Below, in pieces: positions 49,970-63,542 of a stretch of DNA of 64,000 nt; the stretch's first letter is position 1; each line of letters starts with the position of its first letter. The DNA lies in NCBI GenBank assembly GCA_010093995.1, contig ML992509.1, positions 227,588 through 291,587 on the forward strand, in the 5' to 3' direction. This DNA comes from Elsinoe ampelina (taxonomy: Eukaryota). A program made the translations under genes and the position numbers. The notes below the pieces were generated by a model. That model searched no databases. It saw nothing but the letters and a program-made list of their open reading frames with translations, and was not told the DNA's origin.

Positions 49970-51687
49970 GCAATTCAAGTGTGTGAGTGAGCCTGGAGAG
50001 GTGGAGGGAAAAAATTGTGTGAACAAGTGGCTGAAGCTGGGAGAGCTTGGGTATATAGAGGAGCTTGCTGTCACCTTGATTGGAGGACTGGGGACACAGA
50101 AAGCTGTGATGTGGCTCAAGCTTGCTGGCAGATTTGTTTCATGGGCATGACGTAGAGGCGACGACTGTGAGGGCAGCACATGCACGAGTTGCTTGGGCTT
50201 GAGCTGGTGCCACAACGAGGCGCCGATCAGCGACCTTGTCGGGGGATGCAGCTGGCATTGGCCGGGTTGTACAGGCTACCATCGACTAGCGTTTGTGGGA
50301 AGACGGAGATCGAGAGTGTTGCGTCACATCATGGAAGAAGACTGAAAGATCATGTTTCCAAAAGTCAATCCCAGGGTGTTCGCGCAAGCGAAATGTCAGC
50401 TTCGACAGGGACTGGAGAGCTTGTTAGCCGCATGTGGCACGCCGTGTCGATGTGTGGCCCGTGGCACAGACTGTTTTCTGGATCGTGTGGCTTGTCCGGT
50501 TAGACCTTCAGGATCGGCATCGACGATGCTTGGGTGTTTGGGTCCGTGGTGTTTTATACCATGGACGGGAGGTGCTAGAAAAGCTGTTGACAGCCGCCAG
50601 ATGAGCCATTTGTGAGACATGGTCGGCGCTTTCAAGCTCGTTCTTGATTACTCTAGGTAGGTGCTGGAGCGTTCATGTCTGCTATGGATATGCGGCAGGA
50701 AGCGGGAAGGTGCAAGCTCTTTGCGCGGTGCTGGCCGCGTCCTCTGTCGTGGAGATCGGACATGTGGCTGCTCATCCCGGACTGAGCTTCCTGTTCTGCG
50801 GGGATGGTGATCATGCTGAGGATCATCCGAGGCCAGCAAGGGTCTCGATCGGCGACCAGGATACGACCTGGAAATTGTTGCATCAAGGATGGGAGGACAG
50901 GATTCACTACATTTTGACGGAATTCAAATGCTGCAATTTACATCAAAGCTTCTCCTTACGTGCGATGGGTTTGCCTCACTGGTTTGAAGCTCCCCCTTTG
51001 CGTCCAGAGTATTTTGCAGAGCTCTCCATCTGTCGTTCACCCGAAAAACTGGAAATGCATCCCAAGCCATTCGACGTCAGAAAGAGCGGGGCCAAATCTT
51101 TTGCAACCAACCAGATGTGGCACGGCAGCTGTGGCTTGCTCCCGAGGCCTTGATTATAGTATCCTTGCAAAAGTGATGTAAACCAGCATCACCACATTTG
51201 TAGCCAACAAGCCGTCATTTCTCGTTGCGAAAGTTACGAAACGCAAAGGGCAATTTGGCGCCTCTTGACTCTCCACGGGCGCGCATTGAATCGCTGCACC
51301 AAAGCAATTTCTTGTGAGGCCGTTTCCTGTCAATCTTCGAACGCATGAGGTTGGCTTCATGTCTCACTCCTGGCAGACTAAGTTGCCCTCAACCGGGTCA
51401 CGCAAAACGGCCGTCCGCTTGTGAGTGCCCTGTCCAGCAATTTGGCCCTGAAGGCTTCCTGTCCCATCCAAGGTTTGCACGTGTGGTTCGATTTGTGTCA
51501 TGGTGGAACTCTGCGGCTATACCTGCGGCTGCTAAGTATGCTTGATACAGACCCTCAAGGTCCATATTCCATCACTCACATTGCATCCGCTGTCCATTAC
51601 ACAAGCAAGTACAGCTCAAAGTGGTATGTACATCATCAGTCGTAACAGTCCTCTAAATTGTCGCTATGGTAATCGAAGCACGCTCAA

Positions 51688-53414
51688 TCATGATTTCTCG
51701 TTACCCGCCGCGTCTGTCTTCACTGGCGGATCTGTCTTGGAAAGATGCAGCTTCCTCGACACTCTCCGGTGAATGCCCTCTGTATGGCCTTCCTCCTGCT
51801 TCCTCTCTTGCTCAATCACCTTCCGCTCCAGCTCGGCACTCTTGCTCTTATCCATCTGCCCTTCCTCACGCTTCTTCTTCTGCTGTGGGTGAAGGACATC
51901 CTTGACCTTCTGTTCACCCAGCTTGAGCCTCTTCTTTGCGCCGATGTAGCTCTCCAGACCGAGCAAGATGGCGTAGCTTCGACTGATGCTTACTCGACTC
52001 ATATCTGCACCAGCTTCTCGAAGGCTGTGGACGAAACCTCGAAAGTTCTCCGCTGGTGGTGCGTAGTGGCCGCTCAGGGGGTCTATCCGTCGAAGCTGGC
52101 CTCTCTTAATCCTGATCAGTCCAGCTGCAGCAACGCGAGCGCCGTGCAGGAAGCTACTGTGCTGAAAGGCTCCGGACTGCTTGATACCAATGTACACCCT
52201 GAAGCTTGTGTCCGCCACAAAGATCCAAGTATTCTTCTTCGTCGTCTTCCTCAACAGCGAGTTCATCAAAGCACTCGTGTTGACGTGCTTCAACTTCCTA
52301 ATCCCCTTTGCATCGTGAAACTCCTGATTCACATACCGCTGATCATCCTCCTGACTCCCCGTCGATATGCCCGAAAGGCTACTCTCATCCCCCTCCGCCT
52401 CACTACTGCTCTCATTCTCCTCCTTCCCCTGCTGTGACTCCCTCCACGTCGGCGTCTTACTTCCCGCCGGCACAATCCCATCCACACTATCCCTCCACTC
52501 CGGACTCGTAGTAATCACCTTGCCATCCTTGGCCCACCTAAACAACCCATCCGCCCCAATCTCAACCAAATACCTCCGCCTCTCCTCCCGCGACAAATAC
52601 CGTATCTGCTCCCTCTCCAACCTCTCCCTCGGCCGATCCTCCAACTCCACCTCCTTCCCCTCCCCGTAATCCAACCAGTAGAAGAAATTCTCCTTCGTCT
52701 CGCTCTCCCGCCACACAGCATGGTACGCCCGCAACGAGCTCCCGTACCGGTGCTTCTGATCCACCATTTCGAGGAAGTACTCCAGCCCCATCGTCTTGGC
52801 GTAGGCTTCCCGCTCTGCTTTCCGCTCTCTCTTGTGCCGTCGGTGTTTGTCCAGCTCTTCCCCACTCATCCCCGCGCTGTCGCCGTCGGAATCGCTCGTG
52901 TCGTCCGACGCTGCTTGTTGCGCGATGGCGCCCGCGCGCAGCCAGGCGGATTTGGCGCGGGATTTGCGCCGGGCCGCGTCGTCGTCGTCGTCGCGGGATC
53001 GAGGGGCGGTGGTGGTTTTGTAGTGCGCTGTGTCTTGTCAGCTTCTTGTCCGGCCTGAAAGAGCCCGCGGGAAGTCGTAGGTACCCGTCTTGACTGCCTG
53101 GTCTCGTCAGCGTCTGATGACCCTTGAAGGTGTCATGATATGATGAAGCAGAGACGCACCTCCTGCCACCTCACGCCTGGACTGAGGCCGTGTCCGCGCA
53201 TTTCTCTCCGCGCTTTGTACCCGCGATAATTCCGTTGGATCAACCTCGCCGCGTCCCCCTGCTCGTTTCGAGACTTTGCTTCTTCCGACCCCTCTGCGCC
53301 ATGATCGGTACTCCGCTCCGCTCTCCGCCGTTCGAGTATTTGTTTCTCCGCCTCTTCCTGCCGGGCGGCAATTTCCCGTAGTCGCTCGGGAGAAGGCAGG
53401 GTGTAGTGATCCAT
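51688..53414 (-). CDS. IQ calmodulin-binding motif protein (IQM-like)
   Basis: IQ motif AARLIQRNYRGYKARR in exon 1 and a 13-nt exon at 53085-53097. The core has YFLEMVDQKHRYG, FFYWLDYGEG, WIFV, FQHSSFL and PLSGHYAP. Confidence 0.88.
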
Positions 53415-53816
53415 TCACGCCATGTGAAGCATTTCTGTTTGGAGGGCTATGACGAGGTCTGGGCGGACTGGTGGGGTCCGGGTGTGTGCGGGCGTGGGGG
53501 GTTTTGTTTGGCCAGCACCGGGCGCGGGGCATTGAGGTTGCGCGGCCTTTTTTTTTCACCTTCAGGCTTATTTGCGGACTGGTACAGAGGGGGCGGGAAG
53601 CTTTAAGTGCGTAAAGTTTGACGGCGGAGGACATCATGGGACGTAGTTTCACCGGGAACAGAGGGCGGTCTCTGGAAAAGGTAGGAATGTGTTCGTTATT
53701 TTGCATGTGCTATTCTGAGATTGTGCAGCATCGATGTGATGGCAAAATATCGCTGCGACGATGTAGAAACATTATGCGAGCAGGAAATTACGCTTGGATT
53801 CAATGTTATCTTCCTC

Positions 53817-56335
53817 CTAATTCACAGCCTTGTTCAGATCCGAATCACTGTCGCTTTCCAGCGCTCTGTGTTCGACGTTTGCAATGGCGCTCTGCAACGC
53901 GGCAGTAAGATCGACGTGAAAGAGTGGCCTGTTGATGCCGCCCACAACAGTGATTCTCTGCGCGCTGCTGCTATATGCCTGGCTGGTACCAATGGCCTTG
54001 TCGACACTGTTACGTGGCTCACTGTCGCTTCTTGAACGGACGGCCTCAATATCATTGTTGCGACGCTTGTTGTAGTCGTACTCGGCATCAGCAGCGGCAG
54101 ATGAGGAACCACCTAGCTCGGCCACGCTGAAAATGGGCTTCCAGCGGGTAGTGTCCGTGTCGGTCGGTGGAGTTGGGTAGCCGAAGCCGGCGGCTGCGAG
54201 GGCACGCTTGGTCCAGCGGTTGTTGATGTTGGCAAAGTGCCAGTGGACTGTGTCTGGTGAGGCATATCGGTCGAGCTGATTGCGAACATCGATGAGCTGC
54301 TGGATGGACGTGATGTCGACGTTGTTCACAGATGAAAAGTCCAAGATAATGGCCTTGAGGGTTGGCTTTCCGCGATCTTCGTCGGCAATCTCGCCAGTCT
54401 GCTTGCGAGACTTGCCAGGGTTGTTCCAAGGTCGATCTCCCAGACGGCCATAACTGTTAGGGTTGGTACGGCGAGTGTGCTGGAATACATATTGGACAAC
54501 CTCCTCAAGATAGTGGTCTGCATTAGGATAGTTGAAGCCTTCCGAGAACCGGTAAATGAAGACACCTGGGTAAGGTTGCTTCACGGCAATGCTGGGGTTG
54601 GTTCCGTCGCCGTGGTCGATTGGCAGGAAGATGTTCCTGATCTGAGTCTCTGGCTTGCTGCCACCACGGTGCTTCTGCTCTTCCAGCACATGGTCGCCAA
54701 TGACGGAGTGGATCTGAACTTTGCCCATGAACCGACCACGGGCCTTGAAGACGCGGAACAGAAGAACTGCCGCAGAAATACCCACGGTCACGTAGATGCC
54801 GATCTCGATTGAGGTGAAGACAGTGACGATTACACCAGCGAAGAAAATGACGACGTCAAATGGTGACACGCGCCAGAACTGGTAGACGGTGTTTGGCGGC
54901 GTGATCAAGTCACCGACGGCGTGGATGATGACTGCTGCGAGAGAAGCACTGGGAATGTAGAAGAAAACCGCTGGAAGGGCGTAAATGGCGAGCAGAACCA
55001 CGATTGCAGTAATGACACCAGCGAGCGGAGTCCTGACACCGGCCTTCGATTTGATGGCAGTACGAGAGAAAGATCCAGTGGCTGGGTATGCACCAAGGAA
55101 AGGTCCCAGCAGATTTGTCACACCAATCGCGACCAGCTCTTGAGAAGGATCGATCGTGTAGCCGTTCACACGACCAAACGATTTTGAGATGGCGATATGC
55201 TCGATGAGAAGCACAATGATCGAGACAGGGATGTTGGAGGCGAAGACGGAAATGATGTTGCTGTTGACAGGAGGTACACCTGCGTGACGGAAACCTCGTG
55301 GAACATCGCCCAAGATCTTAAACTTTGCCTTCTTCGCATTGTGACCGGGCAAATTCCTGTTGGCAAGGTAACTGATGAGAGTGTAGAGGAGAATAACAAA
55401 GGCAGTTCTGAGAGTACTGCAGAAGAAGAAGGTCTTCCTCTGGGTCGGAATCTTCTTCGCCAGGAATGTGAAGATCCAGCGGATGAAGTAGAGCAGGAAG
55501 AGCGCGGTAAGACCCATGGCGGCATCCAGAGTCGTTCGTGGCAAGCCTTGTAGAGTGTGGATCAGGACCTTGTAAGTCGCATCACGAGTCGAGAAACCAG
55601 TGATACCCATCATGGTGGGCACCTGACCGACGGCGATGTTAATTGCCGAACCAGTCATGAATGCCGAAATGGCGGTCAAAGAAATGAGGTTGACAAGCCA
55701 ACCGATTCTAGCGAGACCCATGAAGCACACGACTGCGCCGACAATGATAGCCAGAGCATTGGCAATGACCTGAGGGTTGTTCTTGTAGTATGCATCCGCA
55801 TTTCCTGCGGCGATGACTACGTTACCGACGATGGTAGACATGACAGCAACAGGGCCGATAGTAATGTCCTTGGAGGTAGCGAAGAACCAGTAGATGAGTA
55901 CACCCATGAAGGATGAGTAGAGACCATACTCGGGAGGAAGTTGAGCAAGACCGGCGTACGCCATGGACTGAGGAACCACGACAGCACCGACGGTGATACC
56001 TAACGTATATCAGCATTGAATCGATCAGCAAGACGCATGCACTACTTACCGGCTACCAGATCACCAGCAAGCCATTGCAAGTTGTAGAAACCGATCCAGT
56101 GTAGGAAAGGCAAGAGACTTTTGAAGTAGTGGAAGACATCCGATCCGCTGGGGGTGATACTGTGGACCCATTCGCCGACAGTTGGTTCCCTCTCGACATA
56201 GCTGTCTGCGCTGTCGACTGAGAAGACAGATTCTCCTCGAGTCAGACCTTCGTGGCCAAGCTCGTCCCTGTAGTTGAGCTTGATGCCCAAGACCTTTGCA
56301 AGGCCATGACCGACTTTAGTCTTCGTATCAGCCAT
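53817..56335 (-). CDS. Sulfate permease (SulP/SLC26 with STAS domain)
   Basis: WLAGDLVA | GITVGAVVVPQSMAY...YGLYSSF, IGPVAV, EHIAISKSF, ATGSFSRTA, and the STAS motif IILDFSSVNNVD. Confidence 0.95.
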
Positions 56336-58545
56336 GATTGGTGATATGTCAGAGGTCGGTAAAGGGTGTGATAGAAGAAGAGTACCCGGGAGTGTGGGAC
56401 AGGTTAGGTGGGCGTCCCGGAGGATAATATAAGGTGCAGGGCGGGATTAGAACTAAATTTTGATATCGGCCAGACAGATCGTTCAGGTAAGCCTAGCCCA
56501 GCCGGAATTGGCACCCTCGTCAAGCCTGGACCAAGACGAGTATGGCGAAAGTCAAGTTGGGACAAGAGAAGCGGATCGCGCGATGGCAATGCTTGGTTCT
56601 GGATGGTCAGGGCACGCGATACAACCTCACGACCAGACGGTCGGAATGGTGTCGTGGAAGGCAAATAGATTGGTTGACCAACGCCCTGGCGTTCTCGAAA
56701 CGGCTGAGACGCAAGCAAAAAGCAGATGGATGTGCGCGAACTGGCGGTATAGATGGAGTGTGTGAAGATGGTGCAAGAGCTGAGGGACGACCTACTATTG
56801 GGGCCCCTGCCGGAATTACCTCTCCCAGAGGCGTGGGCGAGATGGGGGTCCAACTGTTCAATCTCCACGGCGGCAGAAAATTCGAGATCGGGCGAAACGA
56901 CTGACACAGACTTTGACGTAGTCGTGGATAGATTTCGCGCACATGGCGTGGGCAAACATTGGCGGTTTGAAGCACCCTGTGGAGTGCAGCATGTCTCTCA
57001 AGAATGGTGTGATCGACTGAAGACCCGAATAGGCTAGTCACCGCATGGGCAGACGATGAAGTGACGAGGAAGTGCTGGAAGTGTTTGTGCTAGCGAGCAG
57101 ATCAGCCGAACGTACACCCGGGACTAAACCCGATCTCGTGCAAGCGCCAATTACGTGCTCAGCCAGCTCTGCTCTACCATCGAAGTATCGGCGACCGTTT
57201 GGGCTGTTGAGTGTGCACTGTGCGAGCTGGAGCGAAAAGGGTGGTGAACAAGTTGAGAAACGGGTCGGAGAAGACCAGGGTGATGATTGAGAAGCAATTT
57301 GAGAGGAACATATCCGCGGTGTGGAGTGGTAGGCTTGTGGAGTCTTGGTCAGTCTTGTCTGCTTCGTTCCTGCTTCGTCGTTTCTTGTGCTATGTAGGAG
57401 GCAATTGCTTGTGCTGGCGCAAAGCAGGCTTGTCATGCTTGGTCGACTTGGCCCAACAACGTCGAGACTTTCGAGCACGCGACAGCATCGATTGTGCCTC
57501 GACATGTGTGAGACATGGTATGCTCGGAAGGCGTTCTGATGCCATCTGCGGGATGAAGTCTACCGAGCGGGAAAGGGGGACGAGTACGCACGACAAGGCC
57601 AGAGCGAATCGCACGCCTCCGTGTTTAGCTTCGATGTGACACGTGCTGACGACTGATTTCTCTTCAAACTCTGCATTTTTGCACGAGGCGAGACGATGAC
57701 TTGCTTGAACTCCGGAGATCGGCGAGACGAGATTTCGGGGCAGCTCTCCCGCAGCGATATCGGGCTACGAGTCGAGCAGAGCACGCCAAGCAGACTTCGT
57801 GAGTCGGTGTTATCAGATCAGTTTTACGATCTAATCTTGAGAGGTCGGTTGAACCACTCTCGCTGACCGACGCCTGTTTTCTCAAACAACACCCACGTCA
57901 CTCGGCCAGAAATATATTACTATTCACGTTTCAGATTCTCTCATGACATGTACAACTGTACCCGCAATGGATAGCTCGAGGCTGTGATGCTTGCATTATG
58001 AACCTGCGTTCTCAAAGATGCTGAACGATAGCTGTCACGACCACACACGTTCTCCGCAAAGACTGGAACGTATGTTTGGCCGCTTCTCCCCTTGACCTTC
58101 ACCACAGTACCATGCACTTCATGGTCAACCTGACACCCGTTCTGGCGGCTGTGGTCGCTGCCAACATGTTCTTACCCCGGCGCGATCGTCATCCAACCAC
58201 TTCAGCAGAAGCGCCAAACCCAGGCACCGTCACTTGATTGGAGATCGATCGCTCACTACATGCACATCACGCCTCTTCCCCGGACATTTCGCATTGATCA
58301 AGCACGTATGTGGCACGCTTGCGTGTTTGAGATGTCCACGGAGTTCTGGCAGACTGCGTGTATATCGCAAATGCTGGTACCCGTAGCCTTTCTGAATGAC
58401 AGGATGACCTCATGGTATGATGAGCTTGATACCCTGGACTGTCAATAAAGATTGCAAGTTCCGCTTCTCGCTCCAATTTGGTTGAAATGATCTCTCGGCT
58501 CTCTCACTACTACTTCCAACTACACAGACTTCGCGTATAGAGAAA

Positions 58546-60051
58546 ATGCAGCTCCTGCTTAGCACACTCTTGTTGTATACCACGAGTTCTGTGGCGCAAC
58601 GGATACCATCCTTACAAGATGCCATACCAACTATCCCGAACATCGGCACCTTCGGTCAATTGGTCACCAGCAACGCCGCTGTGAGCAGCCTGCTCTCTCA
58701 GCAGTCAAATATCACCATTCTCGCACCCTCCAATGACGCCATCACACGATTCTTGCAGACCGACGAAGGCAGGCGATTCCAACAAGAACCTGCTTATGCT
58801 ACTGCGGTCCTGTCCTATCACGTCCTCAAGAGCACTCTCGCTGCAGCCGACTTCATTCGTCTGAGCGCCGCGCGCAACGGAGAGATCGCTGGTGACAGCT
58901 TCTTGGAAGCAGGGGCCTTCGCCAATGTCGCAGGCGGCCAGAACGTCGGAGTCGATGTTGTTGGCGGCAATGTAGTATGCTTCAGCGGCCTTCTCCGGAA
59001 CAGCACAGTCACGGGACCGGTAAGCAGATCCCCCCTGCAATAAGTCAGCACTAACATGCTCAGGACAACCGCTTCCAAGGCGGCATACTTCATGTCATTG
59101 ATACTGTCCTGACTGTACCTCCTTCAATCTCCACCACAGGCACCTTTGCCGGTCTCACAAGCTTGTTGGAAGCTCTTACTACCGCAGACATTGCCTCCGA
59201 CGTCGAAGCACTCTCGAGCATCACTGTCTTTGCGCCCACCAACCAAGCTTTCGCAAACATTGCCTCTGCTACCGCCAGCCTCGACGCAGAGGATCTCGCC
59301 GGTATCCTCGAATACCACATGGTAGACGGCGTCGTCCTCAGCACCGACATCACCAACGGCCAGACCGTCACCACCCGCGCCGGCGCAACCATCACCTTCA
59401 CCGTCTCCGGCTCCAACATCTTCGTCAACGGAGTCCAAGTCGTCCTCCCCAACGTCTTTGTAGCAAACGGCATCGTCCACACGATAGACAAGTAAGACAC
59501 CTCCTCCCCCCATCCTCCCCTCTTCCCCTCCCTCTCCGAACAACCGCTCACCACCCCCCAGCGTCCTCAACCCCTCCAACTCCACCGTTCGCCCCGCCCC
59601 CGGCGCCACCCAAGGCGAAATCCAATTCTCCCCCGCCTCCGCCGGCAACGACCCCCACCCCTCTCCACCAGCGACCTACGTCCCCGTTCCCCCGGCCGCG
59701 ACAACCACCACCACCACCCCTTGCTCCGACGAAGCCACCACCCCTTCCTCCACCGTCGCGGCCGTCACCACCTCTGCCCCGCTGACGAGCAGCAGCACCT
59801 TGACCCTCACGAGGAGTCTGACGAGCAGTCTGACCAGCACTGTCAGAGCGAATAGCACGACGACGATCGTCACGAGGCCGTCTGGGACTATTGCCCCAGT
59901 GACGACGAGGCCGGTGAATCAGACCGCGAGTAGCACGAGGGCGCCGGTGGTGAGTTTCACGGGTGCTGCGGTGCCGGGACCTGCCACTGGATGGGAGTCG
60001 CCGAGTTTGATGGGTGCGGTGGTGGCGGTTGTTATGGCTGCTCTTCTGTAG
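58546..60051 (+). CDS. Secreted fasciclin (two FAS1 domains), probably GPI-anchored
   Basis: Signal peptide, TILAPSNDA..YHVL, GILHVIDTVL, TVFAPTNQAF..YHMV and NGIVHTID. A Ser/Thr stalk and hydrophobic C-terminus follow. Two introns. Confidence 0.9.
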
Positions 60052-60358
60052 AAGGATGGTGGGGAGGGAAGAGGCTGGACCTCTTTCATATTGCGGATGG
60101 GGGGAAGATTCGAGCCGGAATGGTGAGGTGGTGGAGGACGGGCAACGGGTAGTGGACTTGTAGATACGACCTCCGACTTTGGTGCTTAGTAAAATGAAGG
60201 TCTAATGCTTTTGACTTCTGGTAGTTTCATACAACCATCTCTGTTCGCCCAGTGTCTCCACTTCGAATACCATCAGCGCCCCTTTCATTTGTCTATTCCG
60301 ACTCCCTGCAACCAGTGTCACGCATTCATTTGCGTACCAAGCCTTGCTGATCCTGCTC

Positions 60359-60859
60359 CTAACCAATTGGACCTGTCAGTCCTTTGGAAGCATCTGCCAG
60401 ACCATGCTTCATGCCAGACTCGTAACCCTTCGCGTATAGGAAGCCGACAAAAGCCTTCAACCAGAAGGCCACCACCAGGAAAGCCCAGCAGTATACTACC
60501 AGTGCAAACTGAGATCGAGCTTGATTACCTCGGCCTTCGAATCCGAACATGCCGAATCCGAGCAGCAATCCCGGCCAACCGCCAACATAATCGAAAATGG
60601 TGATCTCGTCATTGAAGGTACGCGGTTCTCCACGCAAGGTGCGGACCAAGTCGGCTAGGAAGACAACGAACGAGCAGATAGAGCAGATCGATAGGTAGGT
60701 GATAATCCAGTCGCTCCCTAACCAGGCGATGTATGCAGCGGTGACGCAAAGTGAAAGTAGTACTAAGGTAGCAAGTACGCAAATCCATTCCCACTCCGCG
60801 GCTGAAACGGTGCCAGTGGTATTGTTCGGCCGTGTAGACGTTGTATGTCGCCTGTCCAT
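60359..60859 (-). CDS. DUF1294-like small membrane protein (divergent)
   Basis: Hydrophobic ORF with S..SFVVFLAD...R......GGWPGLLLG. Confidence 0.5.
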   Translation of the reverse strand: MDRRHTTSTRPNNTTGTVSAAEWEWICVLATLVLLSLCVTAAYIAWLGSDWIITYLSICSICSFVVFLADLVRTLRGEPRTFNDEITIFDYVGGWPGLLLGFGMFGFEGRGNQARSQFALVVYCWAFLVVAFWLKAFVGFLYAKGYESGMKHGLADASKGLTGPIG

Positions 60860-61384
60860 GATGCTTGCAGCGCAGCTCAACGGAATTTGTCTATCATTCA
60901 GACTTAGTATGTCAATACCGAAGCATAGTGCATATGTGTATTACTGATTGTAAGTTGTGCGGCAGCGTTTCAATGTCTACTCGATGATACAATTGGTGAT
61001 GTGGACCGTCGGCGAGTAAAGTGGAGTGCAGGTGAGAGGTGCAAGAGGTGCGAGAGGTGTGAGAGGTTCGAGAGAAATGACAATTGTGGGAGCTCACAAG
61101 CCGAGCTTATCGGAAGGTGACTGCCCGATGAAGCAATGAAGCCATGCTCCTTCCCAGTGTCAGTCCGTGGCAAACAAATCAAGCACACACTGAAGTGAGA
61201 CTGAAATACTGACTCTTTCTCATTCGACATGGGTATCATCTCTTGCTGCTAGATATATGCAAAGTCACTGATCCTCGCGCCCTGTCGTTATATGCTTCGT
61301 CCTTCCCCACTTGTCTCACTGATAGATGAGGTCCAATACTGGTAGACTTGCTACGTCTGGGCCGTGATTCCCCCTCTCACCACA

Positions 61385-62550
61385 TTATCGTTGTCTCAAG
61401 ATTTCTGTGACTCGTCGGCGAACGCTCAATGTAAGATATCATACTGCGTGTGAAGAATCGCTCGCTCGCTTAGTACAGGCCAGTATCGGTAGCCGGGGAT
61501 ATGCTGTTGAAAAGGAAGAGAGCTTGCGCACCTGTTAAGAACTCCTCGCTGCGGACATGTTAGTATTCAGGTGATCGAGACCAAGCGGACAACTCACAAG
61601 CTCAATGTGATATACCCATCCCTGTCCTCGTCATACTTCTTGAAGACATCCGTCATCCTCTTCAAGCTGATGCATGCTTGTACGAACAGGTCGAAGCTGA
61701 GACCCTTCTCCCTTCCCACGCCTTCGTCTCCCCGTCCACCGACGTTCCTCGCAAAGGTGCCGAACAATAATTGCACGAATCCCGGGCTCAGTCGATAGCC
61801 AAACGCCACAAGCGCGTCGCTGAACTCATTCATCGAGATGTGTCCACTCCTGTCCGTATCAAAGCGGTCGAACAGCCCTCTCCATGCAGCCAGGAATCCC
61901 CACAAGCCTACAAACTCTTCAAAATTGATCGTGCCTGACCTGTCCGTGTCGAACATCCGAATCATCATCTTCACCGTATGTGTGTCAAACGCAGTGTAGT
62001 CCCCGTTCACCAGCGCTCTACGCAGTGACTCCTCCGATAGCTGCCCTGATCTGTCTCGATCCACGGAGAGGAAGAGTGGCCATAGAGCATCTCGTTCGGC
62101 TTGAGATCGTGAAGGAGGCGCGACAGTTGGCGGTCGTTGTGATTGGGGTATTGTTGGTCGAGATATGCTGCTGGCTGCGGGTCGCGGACCCGATCCATAT
62201 GTGGATGGCGGTGGAGGAGAGGTTATGCTTGCTCGGTTCGGACCTGGCGGGGGAGGGTTTGAGTAACGAGGATCTGATCCATAGGTCGTGGAAGAGGGGC
62301 GATTGTAGCGATCATCTGGTCTTGGAGCGGGAGAGGAGGCCGCATAGGTCGTTGAGGGCGGTCTTTGGCCCGATGATTGTCTTCCGTGTATCATCGATGC
62401 GGCTTGCTCGGGTTCCGCATGTCTGGGAAGTACGTCAGCTGCGCCCATGGTAAAGGTTTTGGGAGGAGGTTGTTGGAGGGAGAGTTGGAAAGGGATGGCT
62501 TACGCTGGAAGTGCGTCTGGATTACCTGTATACCCACGATTATACGCCAT
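61385..62550 (-). CDS. PEF1: Peflin, penta-EF-hand Ca2+-binding protein
   Basis: Exon 1 MAYNRGY..., a Pro-rich N-terminus, and EF hands DRDRSGQLS, DTDRSGTINFEEF, DTDRSGHIS and DEDRDGYITLS. Small last exons give FEEFLT | EILRQR*. Confidence 0.9.
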
Positions 62551-62918
62551 GTCGGAGGAAGGAGGGAGGAGGGCGCTTGAGGATCTGTTTGAAATGCTCG
62601 TAGTGGGGCCTAAGAATAGAGCTTAATCCCACGGAGCGCGTAAGCAGTGGTTGAGAGATGCGCGGAAGCGCAGGACTGGTTTGGCGATGCTAGCGATCGT
62701 GTTTGAAGGTGTACCGGGTGTCGCTAAAGGGACAGAGGCAGTGAGCGAGTGTTACACAAAAACCTGAAAAGTGGTGATATATTGAATGAGTTTGGGCTTC
62801 AACTTCAAGACGTCCCATGAACAACAACTTCAGGCGCCTTGGCCTTGGCGAAGCCATTGCCTTATGCTACAAACGGACACTTTGGACTAGGTATCGAAAT
62901 GCCCATTACCTTGAAACT

Positions 62919-63542
62919 TCATTCCATGACTTTACTCATGGTCCCCTTCTCATGCTTCAGACTCGCCTCATCACCCGTGCGAAACAAGTCCTTGATCCAT
63001 CCTCGTCCATCAGACCACCAAGTATGTCGATCTGCCCTGACGAGCTCAAGCGATTCGTTGTCGAGAGTGCCGGTGGCCACATCGATCAACGGGCCCATGC
63101 CTCTGAAAGTCTCTCCTCCTTCCTCAGAGAATGTGAGAGAGCTGCCACACCTCTTGCAGAACGTTCTGAAATTGCCTTTGGTGTGACAGTAAACTCCGAT
63201 CGTCGTCTTCTGGTCGACCACATTTGCGCCGAGTAAGATATCCCTGATTGCTTGCTGTCGCGTCGTGCCCTTTGCTTCCTGTGTGGTGAATGATACCCAA
63301 GCCTGCGGTGTACCCAGCCAGGATGCAACTAAACCACCTGAGCCTACGCGACAGCTGGTGCAGTGACACCAGCTGACCAAGGGCATGCGAGGATAATCAT
63401 CGTCGCTGCTACCACCACCGCCCTGCATCGCATCTTCTGCTTGTGGTCGGTCTTGAAGCTCGGGTACTTCGATCGTGTACCGCACCGCACCGCAGAGACA
63501 CCCGCCGTAGAGGGAGAGGGGAGATTCGGGAAGTCTCCCCAT
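62919..63542 (-). CDS. GFA/CENP-V (Mss4-like) zinc-binding protein
   Basis: GGCLCGAVRY, CHCTSCR and FCKRCGSSL. Confidence 0.88.
   Translation of the reverse strand: MGRLPESPLSLYGGCLCGAVRYTIEVPELQDRPQAEDAMQGGGGSSDDDYPRMPLVSWCHCTSCRVGSGGLVASWLGTPQAWVSFTTQEAKGTTRQQAIRDILLGANVVDQKTTIGVYCHTKGNFRTFCKRCGSSLTFSEEGGETFRGMGPLIDVATGTLDNESLELVRADRHTWWSDGRGWIKDLFRTGDEASLKHEKGTMSKVME

Noticed and set aside
50216..51687. Short ORFs upstream of the repeat protein
   Set aside because: There is no recognisable product. The region is treated as intergenic.
56336..58545. CYS3/MetR sites or uORFs upstream of the sulfate permease
   Set aside because: I found no clean ATGRYRYCAT match. A lone CACGTG near 57640 and the short ORFs are expected by chance.
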